Source: a virus
Lineage: Duplodnaviria > Caudoviricetes
Strand: one strand, 5' to 3'
DNA: 44,441 nt
Virus record (IMG/VR): IMGVR_UViG_3300027976_000071
Location: 1 to 44,441 of that record
Under the pieces are notes generated by a model. It saw nothing but the letters and a program-made list of their open reading frames with translations, searched no databases and had not been told where the DNA came from. How positions within the stretch are numbered: position 1 is the first letter of the stretch; every line of letters begins with the position of its first letter. The translations under genes were made by a program, and so were the position numbers. Positions 17,817-26,862 of this stretch are shown here, in pieces.

Positions 17817-19532
17817 ATTCTTTTATTTAACAGTATAAAATGGAAAAACCTATTGTCTACCGGGGACGTATGGACAGAAATCAATCTTCGTAAAAATGCA
17901 ACGACACTGATGATCGGTGAAAACGGGGCGGGCAAGTCAACTATTTTAGATGCTTTATGTTTCGTGTTGTTTGGTAAACCGTTCAGAAAAATCAATAAAC
18001 CCCAGCTAATTAACTCAATTAATCAAAAGGGGCTGTTGGTCGAAGTCGAGTTTAGTATCGGTAAAATAAAATACAGAATTATTCGTGGGCTAAAACCTAA
18101 CATTTTTGATATTCACGTAAACGGAAAGTTAGTTGAGCAGGCGGCGGCGGCTAAGGACTATCAAGAGTATCTGGAGAAGAATATTCTAAAGCTTAACTTC
18201 TCCTCATTTACCCAAATAGTCGTACTCGGATCATCTACGTTTATTCCATTTATGCAACTTAGCGCGCAACAACGCCGAGAGATAATTGAGGATCTACTTG
18301 ATCTTAAAATATTCACATCAATGAATATTCTACTTAAAGAAAAACTACAAACAAATAGAGAAACTCTTAGCGATATGAACTATAAAATTGAAGTAGATGG
18401 GGAGAAACTCAAGGTACACACACAGTATGTAGAAGAAATAAAAATTTCAAATCAAAAGAGGATAGAAACTATTCAAACCGAACTCGATCTTACGCAAGCA
18501 AACATCAATAAGCTTACTGTGACTGTTTCTGAATATGAAGAAGATATAAGTATACTTCAAGAACACATAAAAGACGACGCAGCGGTACAAAAGAAAATCC
18601 GTGATATTCAACTAATTAAATCAAAACTAACAGATAAAATAGAAACCCTTAAAAAGGAAGTTTTCTTTTACGAAAACAATAATAATTGTCCAACATGTAA
18701 TCAAGTCATAACAAACGAAACGAAACACACCAGCATCGAGTGTAAATATAACAAAATCGGCGAAATAGAGGATGGGTATTCTAAACTCGCAGAACAACTT
18801 AATAAGTGGTCGCACCGGCTCAATGATATTGAAACGACGAAAAAATCAATTCAGCAAACACAACAAGCGATGCACTTAGAAGTTGTCCAGGTTTCGTCTC
18901 TCAATAGTTACAGCATTAAACTACAAAAAAATATGATAGCTGAAACCGGTAATATTGGCGATCTTGATGCTGAAACGGCCAAGATAAGCAAACTCAGAAG
19001 CGTAATTAGTAAGTACGAAGAACATAAAGAAGAATTGTTAAAAGAGAAACACATATTCGACACCGCGGCTGATTTACTCAAAGATAAGGGCATTAAAACC
19101 CAGATCATAAAGCAGTATATTCCAGTGATGAATAAACTAATCAATAAATATCTTGCATCGATGGAGTTCTTTGTCCACTTCGAGTTAACCGAAACCTTTG
19201 ATGGGGTAATTAAGTCTCGACATCGAGATGAGTTTAGTTATCCGTCGTTTAGCGAGGGTGAGAAGATGCGAATTGATTTGGCTCTACTCATGACTTGGCG
19301 GGCTATTGCTAAAATGAAAAATTCAACTAACACAAATCTGTTACTGCTCGACGAAGTATTCGATGCGTCACTTGATGCAAATGGATCGGATGAATTCTTG
19401 AAGTTGCTCAATGAACTTGGAAAGAACAATAATGTTTTCGTTATCAGTCACAAAGGAGATCTTCTACAAGATAAATTCCGCGCTATTATCAAATTTGAGA
19501 AACACAAGAATTTCTCGAGGATTGCAGCATGA
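17817..19532 (+). CDS. gp46: Rad50/SbcC-like recombination ATPase (probable ATT start at 17817)
   Basis: WKNLLSTG, GENGAGKST, CPTC zinc hook, FSEGEKMRIDL, LLLDEVFD, ISH. Confidence 0.96.
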   Translation: MLLFNSIKWKNLLSTGDVWTEINLRKNATTLMIGENGAGKSTILDALCFVLFGKPFRKINKPQLINSINQKGLLVEVEFSIGKIKYRIIRGLKPNIFDIHVNGKLVEQAAAAKDYQEYLEKNILKLNFSSFTQIVVLGSSTFIPFMQLSAQQRREIIEDLLDLKIFTSMNILLKEKLQTNRETLSDMNYKIEVDGEKLKVHTQYVEEIKISNQKRIETIQTELDLTQANINKLTVTVSEYEEDISILQEHIKDDAAVQKKIRDIQLIKSKLTDKIETLKKEVFFYENNNNCPTCNQVITNETKHTSIECKYNKIGEIEDGYSKLAEQLNKWSHRLNDIETTKKSIQQTQQAMHLEVVQVSSLNSYSIKLQKNMIAETGNIGDLDAETAKISKLRSVISKYEEHKEELLKEKHIFDTAADLLKDKGIKTQIIKQYIPVMNKLINKYLASMEFFVHFELTETFDGVIKSRHRDEFSYPSFSEGEKMRIDLALLMTWRAIAKMKNSTNTNLLLLDEVFDASLDANGSDEFLKLLNELGKNNNVFVISHKGDLLQDKFRAIIKFEKHKNFSRIAA

Positions 19533-19619
19533 AAAAGTCTATACAGCCGAACAAGAGGCGCCGGAACACACAACATATTTCCCATTACACTCAAAGTTTA
19601 TACACTATAGGAGATTATT

Positions 19620-19787
19620 ATGTACGGAGTTAAGGTGAAATTTAGTGAGGATTATCTCTGGGTGCTTGAAGTGAAGCAAAATGATGCGGCGGAAACAACA
19701 CCGAAATTGTTTCTGAATTTTCAAGAAGCAGATTACTACGCAAGCTTAACTTGGAAGGACTATATAGTTGAGGAATACGCGATATGA
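19620..19787 (+). CDS. small hypothetical protein (55 aa, not in ORF track)
   Basis: AGGAG RBS; MYGVKVKFSEDYLWV...EEYAI*; ATGA overlap with def. Confidence 0.7.
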   Translation: MYGVKVKFSEDYLWVLEVKQNDAAETTPKLFLNFQEADYYASLTWKDYIVEEYAI

Positions 19788-20296
19788 AACTAGCTTTTCT
19801 TAAAGAAACAAGCCCGGATCTCCGTCGTCCAGCAGAAGTCTTCGATTTTGCAAACCCGCCATGTGATCCAATAGAACTTGCGGTCGAACTTTCCGAGATC
19901 ATGATCAAGCATAATGGGTTTGGACTCGCTGCACCACAGATGGGTATTCCTTATTCTGTTTTTGTTGTGGGTGATCCTGAAAACAAAGAGTCGATTATGG
20001 CATTCTTCAACTCATCTATCGTTAACTATTCAGAAGAAGAAGAAACGTCTAAAGAAGTATGTCTTTCGTTTCCAAAATTATATATTCCAATTAAGCGCTC
20101 GACTAAGATTCGTATGCGATTCACTGACTTATATAATGAGACGACTACTAATACGTATGCTGGATTCACTGCAAGGGCTATTCAACATGAATATGATCAT
20201 GTTTTGGGTGTTGTATTTACGAGTAAAGCTATTTCTTATCATTTGGTTAAGGCTCGAAAAGATCAAAAATTGGCTCTTCGACGCCGCAAGAATTAA
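19784..20296 (+). CDS. def: peptide deformylase
   Basis: GFGLAAPQMG, EVCLS (canonical EGCLS), QHEYDH. Confidence 0.92.
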   Translation: MKLAFLKETSPDLRRPAEVFDFANPPCDPIELAVELSEIMIKHNGFGLAAPQMGIPYSVFVVGDPENKESIMAFFNSSIVNYSEEEETSKEVCLSFPKLYIPIKRSTKIRMRFTDLYNETTTNTYAGFTARAIQHEYDHVLGVVFTSKAISYHLVKARKDQKLALRRRKN

Positions 20297-20347
20297 ACGA
20301 ATACACTATATAAAAGAAAATAAAACAACTACAAAATGGAGATTTAA

Positions 20348-20968
20348 GTGAAGGGCAAACATTTTATATTCGACTTCGAGACACTCGGGACCGATTTGAT
20401 ACGTGGGTTTCCGGTTTTAGAATGCTCATATGCAGTATTTAACGCTGATAGATTCACAACCAATCCATACACGTTCGAAGAATTGGTCGAGACTGTTATT
20501 ATAAAAGATAAACTAGAGGTCACTCATCAGGTCACTGAGTTTGGATATAAAATCGATCCTGACACACTTGCTTGGTGGAGAAGTCAGGACAGTTCACTAG
20601 CAAAAATTATGCTAAAACCAGAACCAACCGATATCAGAGTTTCAGCTTTCATTGATAATGTACTCAAGTATTTAGCTGAGAATAACCAAGTTGAATATTG
20701 GTGGTCGCGATCTAATACGTTTGATCCGATCATTATGTATCGAATGTGTTCAGACGTTGGTCGCATCGACGAGTTTAATAAAGCACTTAAGCATTGGAAT
20801 GTCCGCGATACACGAACTTATATTGATGCCAAATTTAATTTCAAGCGCAATATGAATTGTTTCACGTTAAAAGAATGGGATACTAAATTCGAAAAACACA
20901 ATTCTATTCATGATGTCGCCGCGGATATTTTGCGTTTACAAAAATTGGTTTTCGAGGAGAATAGTTAA
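20348..20968 (+). CDS. dexA: DexA-like 3'-5' exonuclease (DEDDh)
   Basis: FDFETLG, TLAWWRSQ, WSRSNTFD, RDTRTYI, HNSIHDVAADI. Confidence 0.85.
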   Translation: MKGKHFIFDFETLGTDLIRGFPVLECSYAVFNADRFTTNPYTFEELVETVIIKDKLEVTHQVTEFGYKIDPDTLAWWRSQDSSLAKIMLKPEPTDIRVSAFIDNVLKYLAENNQVEYWWSRSNTFDPIIMYRMCSDVGRIDEFNKALKHWNVRDTRTYIDAKFNFKRNMNCFTLKEWDTKFEKHNSIHDVAADILRLQKLVFEENS

Positions 20969-21360
20969 TGACGAATTTTGAAATGGTTCGAGAATTCCAC
21001 GCCACGTTCGATTTGCCAGATCGCAAAACACCCGGTCTTCTGGAAACAGATGAACAAAAGCTTCGACTATCACTTATTGAAGAAGAAGTGGATGAGTTGA
21101 AAACCGGCATTTTCAATAAAGACATCGTCGAGATCGCCGATGCGCTCACTGATATTCTTTATGTTGTTTATGGTGCCGCATTGTGTTATGGGCTTGATAT
21201 CGACCTGTGCTTTAAAGAGGTACATAGATCGAATATGAGTAAATTGGGGTCGGACGGTAACCCACTTTATAGAGAGGACGGGAAAGTTCTCAAGGGACCA
21301 AACTATTCTTCGCCCGATCTCGGGGCTGTTCTTTATAGTCCGGAGACATCTAATGAGTGA
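20968..21360 (+). CDS. MazG-like / PRA-PH nucleotide pyrophosphohydrolase
   Basis: LRLSLIEEEVDEL, EIADALTDILYVVYG, EVHRSNMSK, REDGKVLKGPNY. Confidence 0.88.
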   Translation: MTNFEMVREFHATFDLPDRKTPGLLETDEQKLRLSLIEEEVDELKTGIFNKDIVEIADALTDILYVVYGAALCYGLDIDLCFKEVHRSNMSKLGSDGNPLYREDGKVLKGPNYSSPDLGAVLYSPETSNE

Positions 21361-21805
21361 TATTGAAATGAAAAAAGTACAAAGTGGCGCACTCGGTGAA
21401 AAATTGGTGGCTAAATACTATAGAGATCAGGGGTTTCAGGTTGATGAGTCGCTTGATTTATATGATAGAAAGAAAGATATGTCTATTGGTGAACTCACAT
21501 GCGAGGTGAAAACACAACAGATGTTTCATGTCGAGCGGGCATTTTCGGTAAACGCAAACCAAATTGCGAAATGTAATGCCGTTGATCTGCTTATTTTTGT
21601 AGAAACTCCAAGCTCAAATAATGGAAACAAAGTCAATATTTGGAAGTATCTTCCAGAGAATAGAATCACCAGAATTAGAAAAACAAAAGATGGACGCACG
21701 ATGCACTTATATGATGTTAGCTCTTGTGAGCTATTGACTTGTATCACCGATGAGTATATAATCAATCAATTCAAAGAGTATTCAAATTCAGAATGGAGAC
21801 GCTGA
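21353..21805 (+). CDS. PD-(D/E)XK family endonuclease-like protein
   Basis: GALGEKLV...KD...EVKT pattern. Confidence 0.6.
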   Translation: MSDIEMKKVQSGALGEKLVAKYYRDQGFQVDESLDLYDRKKDMSIGELTCEVKTQQMFHVERAFSVNANQIAKCNAVDLLIFVETPSSNNGNKVNIWKYLPENRITRIRKTKDGRTMHLYDVSSCELLTCITDEYIINQFKEYSNSEWRR

Positions 21806-22167
21806 TGACCGAGAACTTACCCGATACTTCAATTGACTACGACGACCGCTCCGACCGCTCCGACCATGCTCCTGAAGTTGAACAGATAAGTACACTTACG
21901 GATTTTTTCGGTTTATCAGAAGAAGAAAAACTTCAAGAAGAATGGACCAACCCATACCGGCAATGGCATGCTGGTGGGATGCCAGCATATGCGAGTACTG
22001 ATCTTGCGCCATACAAACAAATAATAGTGAGTTTACGAAATGAAGAAGATTATCATGCTTTTGCTAAACTTCTAAATCAAGTATTTACTCCGAAAACTCG
22101 TGGGTTTTTTTGGCCAGAGAAATCTCGCGAAGAAAATATCACTAATAAGTGGGTGGAAGATGAATAA
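21805..22167 (+). CDS. small accessory protein of the glycosyltransferase locus
   Basis: W..GGMPAY...PYKQIIV.LRNEEDY..FA.LLNQ..TPKT...WP; overlaps both neighbours. Confidence 0.65.
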   Translation: MTENLPDTSIDYDDRSDRSDHAPEVEQISTLTDFFGLSEEEKLQEEWTNPYRQWHAGGMPAYASTDLAPYKQIIVSLRNEEDYHAFAKLLNQVFTPKTRGFFWPEKSREENITNKWVEDE

Positions 22168-23071
22168 TACGCGATATCCAATTTATATAATTTCAAAGGG
22201 CCGAGCAGATACGCGGTATACGAGTAAAGCGCTTGAGCGAATGTGCGTTCCGTATTATATTGTGATCGAGCCACAGGAATTTGACGCATATGCTGCTGTT
22301 ATTGATCCAACAAAAATCTTGTTGCTACCGTTTAGCAATCATGGAAAGGGATCCGGCCCCGCCCGCAATTGGTGTTGGGAGCACTCATTATCGAGTGGGT
22401 TTGATCGGCATTGGCTGCTCGACGATAACATTTTTGAGTTTTGGCGCTTTCATAATAATAAAAGATATCGCGTGGAAACAGGGACCGCAGTGTTTCGAGC
22501 AGCAGAGGATTTTGTCGATAGGTTCCAAAATGTTCAGTTGGCTGGTTTTCAGTATAAATTTTTCTGTATAGACGATTATCCGTACCCACCGTACATTTTG
22601 AATACCCGTATTATGTCGTGTTTTCTTATTCAAAATTCTTGTCCGCATAGGTGGCGCGGCCGTTATAATGAAGACGTTGATCTTTCTATCCGCGTCCTTA
22701 AAGACGGTGCCTGTACGATGCTATTTTATTCTTTTCTTTGCGGCAAGGCTAGAACGGGCTCAGTCAGGGGAGGAAACACCACTGAGGTCTATAATAATTA
22801 TGAAGAAGATGCTTCATATAAAAAATCAAAAATGCTTGTTGACATGCACCCGGATGTTGTAACACTCGTCGAACGATATGGCAGAACACACCACCACGTA
22901 GATATTTCCGGGTTCAGAAATAACAAAATGCTCCTACGACCAGACGTTATAATCAAGAATAAAGCAAACGAATTCGGCATGAAACTTGCTAGAAAATACG
23001 GTACGGAAGAACAATTCATAGATTATGATTTCAATAAAGCAGTTTATCCGTCGGGAAGAGGAAGTTGGTAA
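22160..23071 (+). CDS. TET/JBP-associated (TAGT/GREB1-like) DNA glycosyltransferase
   Basis: YPIYIISKGR, ARNWCWEH, HWLLDDNI, GRYNEDVDLSIRVLK, GGNTTEVY. Confidence 0.8.
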   Translation: MNNTRYPIYIISKGRADTRYTSKALERMCVPYYIVIEPQEFDAYAAVIDPTKILLLPFSNHGKGSGPARNWCWEHSLSSGFDRHWLLDDNIFEFWRFHNNKRYRVETGTAVFRAAEDFVDRFQNVQLAGFQYKFFCIDDYPYPPYILNTRIMSCFLIQNSCPHRWRGRYNEDVDLSIRVLKDGACTMLFYSFLCGKARTGSVRGGNTTEVYNNYEEDASYKKSKMLVDMHPDVVTLVERYGRTHHHVDISGFRNNKMLLRPDVIIKNKANEFGMKLARKYGTEEQFIDYDFNKAVYPSGRGSW

Positions 23072-24033
23072 TGACACGGGTTCTAATTACTGGCGCGGCA
23101 GGATTCATCGGATATCATCTCGCATCAAACCTATATAGTGTTGGCCATGATGTTGTTGGGTTGGACAACTTCAATTCGTATTATGATCCCCAGTTGAAAA
23201 AACGTCGGGAAAATATACTTGCCGCAAAAAACATAAAAATTCATTTCTGTGACTTGGCAGACCCGGCCAACTGTCAATCTGTTATTAGTGAAATAACCCC
23301 AGAGGTGATAATTCATCTGGCTGCATATGCTGGGGTTCGTCATTCATACGATCATGCCATGGAGTATATTAAGAATAACATTCTCGCAACTCAAAATTTA
23401 ATTGATACTGTTACTTCATTGGGAATTAGAAAAGTTATTTACGCATCAACATCATGTGTAATGGCTGGAAATCCATTACCGTGGAAAGAGGACTCGCCTA
23501 CTGGGCATCAATTAAATCCATATGGATATACAAAACGCACTAACGAATGTCAATTTATAACATCACCAATTTCGCAAACAATTGGGTTACGATTTTTTAC
23601 TGTTTATGGGCCATATGGCCGACCAGACATGGCACTGTTTGGTTTTTCTGAAGCGGCTGTTTCTGGAAAAACAATTGATGTTTTTAACTATGGGAATATG
23701 AAACGAGATTTTACGTATGTGACTGATATCGTTGAGGGAATTTTGCTTATTCTAGAAAAGAAACTTATTGATGATAACACACCGCTTGACGAGATATATA
23801 ATATAGGCCGCGGTGAACAAGTTCATCTCATGGATTTCATCGCTGAGATTGAAAAGAATTTCGGCCTAGAAATCAAAAAAAATATGGTTGGTCCTCACCC
23901 GGCGGATACACTTGAAACTTGGTCAGATACAACTAAGCTTCAAGCACTTGGCTGGAAACCTCGGGTTTCTATCCCCGAGGGTGTTGAGAAATTTGTTAAT
24001 TGGTATAAATCTTATTATGGAGCAACACGGTGA
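23071..24033 (+). CDS. NAD-dependent nucleotide-sugar epimerase (UDP-glucuronate 4-epimerase-like)
   Basis: TGAAGFIG, LDNFNSYYDPQLK, HLAAYAGVRHS, YGYTK, LRFFTVYGPYGRPDMA, RDFTYV. Confidence 0.9.
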   Translation: MTRVLITGAAGFIGYHLASNLYSVGHDVVGLDNFNSYYDPQLKKRRENILAAKNIKIHFCDLADPANCQSVISEITPEVIIHLAAYAGVRHSYDHAMEYIKNNILATQNLIDTVTSLGIRKVIYASTSCVMAGNPLPWKEDSPTGHQLNPYGYTKRTNECQFITSPISQTIGLRFFTVYGPYGRPDMALFGFSEAAVSGKTIDVFNYGNMKRDFTYVTDIVEGILLILEKKLIDDNTPLDEIYNIGRGEQVHLMDFIAEIEKNFGLEIKKNMVGPHPADTLETWSDTTKLQALGWKPRVSIPEGVEKFVNWYKSYYGATR

Positions 24034-24896
24034 ATATTGCAAGTTTTTTCGGCAAAACCTATACAGACCCAGACCCAGAAATTTTTTATAAACATATTCC
24101 AGGTGGAAACGTCCCTGGCGGGCACAACGTAATTTACCGGGATAATGAGAAAAACCCATTTATTACGCCAATGAAAGAATGCAACTCAATTGAACTCAGA
24201 CATACAGATGTTGTGGTTGATATCGGTGCTTATGTAGGAACCTTTGCGATTCGGTGTGCCAGATTTCCGGTCAAAAAAGTAACTGCGTATGAGCCGACCC
24301 GTAAAACACACGAAATTCTTTCTCTTACCAAACTGCCAAACATGGAAGTAATTCATGCTGCGGTAGTTGGAGTTGATATCGAATCTGTGGATATCAATAT
24401 TTCAAAAGGAATTGGAGTCACTAACAGTATAATTTTGGGACAGAAATCAAAAGCAAAAACTGAGAATGTTAAGGCTGTACAATATACCGATGCTATTAAA
24501 CACGCAACAGTTGTTAAAATAGATGTAGAGGGCGCTGAATATCAGTATAGCGGCAAGCTAATAAGTCCATCTATGCGCGCGATTGTCGTTGACTTTCATA
24601 AAATTCCAGCAGCCAAAGGCGATTGGGTTGCAAAATCAAATCTCTTATTAGAAGAAATATATGATCATGGATTTAAACCAATCATCTCACCAAAATTTAA
24701 TGGGTCCGGCTGGGAACAAGCAGGTAGTTGGATCCGCGATGTAGAACAACCGACCGAGGTATATGAGCCCATGATGGCGGGATTAGAGTGCTGCGGCTGC
24801 GCTACTCCGATTAAATCAACTATTAAATCTTTATGTTCGAGTTGTTATGATATTTGGAGCCCGAAACATAAACAAACTTTTGGCAAGGCACAATAA
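24030..24896 (+). CDS. FkbM-family SAM methyltransferase with C-terminal Cys cluster
   Basis: VVDIGAYVG, AYEP, VKIDVEGAEY; C-terminal CCGC...CSSC. Confidence 0.85.
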   Translation: MNIASFFGKTYTDPDPEIFYKHIPGGNVPGGHNVIYRDNEKNPFITPMKECNSIELRHTDVVVDIGAYVGTFAIRCARFPVKKVTAYEPTRKTHEILSLTKLPNMEVIHAAVVGVDIESVDINISKGIGVTNSIILGQKSKAKTENVKAVQYTDAIKHATVVKIDVEGAEYQYSGKLISPSMRAIVVDFHKIPAAKGDWVAKSNLLLEEIYDHGFKPIISPKFNGSGWEQAGSWIRDVEQPTEVYEPMMAGLECCGCATPIKSTIKSLCSSCYDIWSPKHKQTFGKAQ

Positions 24897-25180
24897 TGAT
24901 TAACTATAAATATAATGAAGAAGAAATACTCGCAGAAATCACAACATATATTAATAATACATATAAAGAGCACTATGCTCAGAATAAATATCAAGCAACG
25001 GAATTCATTCTAGATGCCGGCCACGGCGATGGTTTCTGTATTGGAAATATTATGAAGTATGCGCAGCGTTATGGCCGCAAAAGTGATAGTGATGCGTGGA
25101 GAAAAGATCTTCTTAAAGTTATCCACTATGCGATTATCGCACTTCATAATCACGACAATAATTTTAAGGGTAGAAAATAA
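24896..25180 (+). CDS. DUF3310/SaV-like small protein
   Basis: TYKEHYAQ, GFCIGNIMKYAQRYGRK, DLLKVIHYAIIAL. Confidence 0.75.
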   Translation: MINYKYNEEEILAEITTYINNTYKEHYAQNKYQATEFILDAGHGDGFCIGNIMKYAQRYGRKSDSDAWRKDLLKVIHYAIIALHNHDNNFKGRK

Positions 25181-26022
25181 TGGAGATTTCAATTGACAGA
25201 ACTGAGTTACAAAAGCGAAAGATTTTTGTAGCTACTCCGATGTTTGGGGGAATGTGCTCAGGTCAATATACTAAATCAACGGCAGATCTATCTAAACTTT
25301 GCTCACAGAATGGGATTGAGATTGAGTTCTTTTATCTGTTTAATGAGTCACTTATTACGCGCGCCCGTAATTATTGCGTAGATGAGTTTCTTCGCAACGA
25401 ACAATTTACTCATCTGATGTTTATTGACGCAGATATCGGTTTTAACCCAAATGACGTGCTTGCGCTTGCGGCGCTCGCAGATCCGGAATCAAATAAAGAT
25501 ATTATGTGTGGGCCGTATCCGAAAAAGACAATTGCATGGGAAAAGATCAAGCGCGCTGTTGATAAAGGCTATGCAGATGAAAACCCTAACAATCTACAGA
25601 ATTTTGTTGGAGATTATGTATTTAATCCAGCACATGGGCAGACTCAAATTTCTTTAAGTGAGCCGACAGAAGTGCTTGAGGGCGGAACTGGATTTATGAT
25701 GATCCAACGAAAAGCATTCGTTGCATATGAAAAGGCATATCCTGAGTTCAAATATCTTCCAGACCACGTGCGGACAGCACACTTTGATGGATCGAGAGAA
25801 ATCATGGCATATTTCGATTGTGTTATTGATCCTGAGTCTCGCCGATATCTTTCGGAGGACTATATGTTTTGCCAGTGGGCACGTAAAGCCCAGATCAAGG
25901 TTTGGATGTGCCCGTGGATGCGCTTAACGCATATGGGATCATATACGTTCGGTGGAAGTCTATCCGATTTGGCACAGATTGGGGCATCTGCAACAGCAGA
26001 TAAGTCTGAGAAACTAAAGTAG
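25180..26022 (+). CDS. GT-A fold glycosyltransferase-like protein
   Basis: IFVATPMFGG, ESLITRARN, THLMFIDADIGF (DxD), GTGFMMI, YLSEDYMFC. Confidence 0.8.
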   Translation: MEISIDRTELQKRKIFVATPMFGGMCSGQYTKSTADLSKLCSQNGIEIEFFYLFNESLITRARNYCVDEFLRNEQFTHLMFIDADIGFNPNDVLALAALADPESNKDIMCGPYPKKTIAWEKIKRAVDKGYADENPNNLQNFVGDYVFNPAHGQTQISLSEPTEVLEGGTGFMMIQRKAFVAYEKAYPEFKYLPDHVRTAHFDGSREIMAYFDCVIDPESRRYLSEDYMFCQWARKAQIKVWMCPWMRLTHMGSYTFGGSLSDLAQIGASATADKSEKLK

Positions 26023-26083
26023 AATTATATACTTGAACCTGATTATAATATAGAATATTGTTTAACATAAGGAGTGACTCATA

Positions 26084-26737
26084 ATGAAAATTTCGCCCAA
26101 CACGCTCGCAGTACTTAAGAGCTTCACATCAATTAACCCATCTATTCTCATCAATGTTGGAAACGTACTCCGCACCATTTCACCCCAGAAAACGATTATG
26201 GCAATTGCTGAAGTCGATGATTCGTTTGAATCTGAGTTTGCGATCTATGATTTGAACCAGTTTCTATCCGCAGTATCGCTTTTTGAAAATCCGGATTTTA
26301 CGTTTAGCGACAGGCACGTGACTATTGCTACTGGCAAATCTTCTATCAAGTATTTCTTTGCAGATAAGAATATGGTGCTCGCAGCACCAGCAAAAGCTAT
26401 CAGTCTACCCGATGTGGTTGTCGAATTCAGGCTTTCGATTGAGACGCTCAAAGCTACAATGCAAGCAGCAAGCGTTTTTCAAGCGCCTAATTGGTCAGTC
26501 GCTGGTCGATCTGGTGAAATTGTTCTTGAAGTCGGCGACGTGAAGAACGCAACATCCAATAAATATCAAGTCATTGTGGGTGAAACTGACCAGACGTTTG
26601 ATCTTGTATTTAAAGCCGAAAACCTAAAGGTAATGCCAAGCAACTACAACGTAAATATCTCATCAAAGGGTATTAGTCATTTTACAAATGAAACTGGATC
26701 GCTTCAGTATTTCATCGCAACTGAAAGCCCTCGATGA
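26084..26737 (+). CDS. gp45: DNA polymerase sliding clamp
   Basis: LKSFTSINPSILI, FAIYDLNQFL, ENLKVMPSNYNV.ISSKGISHF. Confidence 0.95.
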   Translation: MKISPNTLAVLKSFTSINPSILINVGNVLRTISPQKTIMAIAEVDDSFESEFAIYDLNQFLSAVSLFENPDFTFSDRHVTIATGKSSIKYFFADKNMVLAAPAKAISLPDVVVEFRLSIETLKATMQAASVFQAPNWSVAGRSGEIVLEVGDVKNATSNKYQVIVGETDQTFDLVFKAENLKVMPSNYNVNISSKGISHFTNETGSLQYFIATESPR

Positions 26738-26759
26738 ACATCAAGACGAGGTAACTGGT

Positions 26760-26843
26760 CATAAGTGTACCGATATCGGTTACATCCGCACACCGAAAGT
26801 ACGCTCGGCGTGACTTATGTTTTTTGGTGTGGAATATACACCA
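26760..26843. other. structured intergenic element (three-way junction plus hairpin) between gp45 and gp44
   Basis: cataagt/acttatg closing stem around accg-atat-cggt and cacaccga/tcggcgtg hairpins; then tggtgtg/tacacca. Confidence 0.5.
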
Positions 26844-26862
26844 TATGAAGGAAATATAGATT

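Noticed and set aside
26023-26083. sigma70 promoter upstream of gp45 (TTGAAC ... TATAAT/TAGAAT)
   Set aside because: Spacing between the boxes is too short for a canonical promoter
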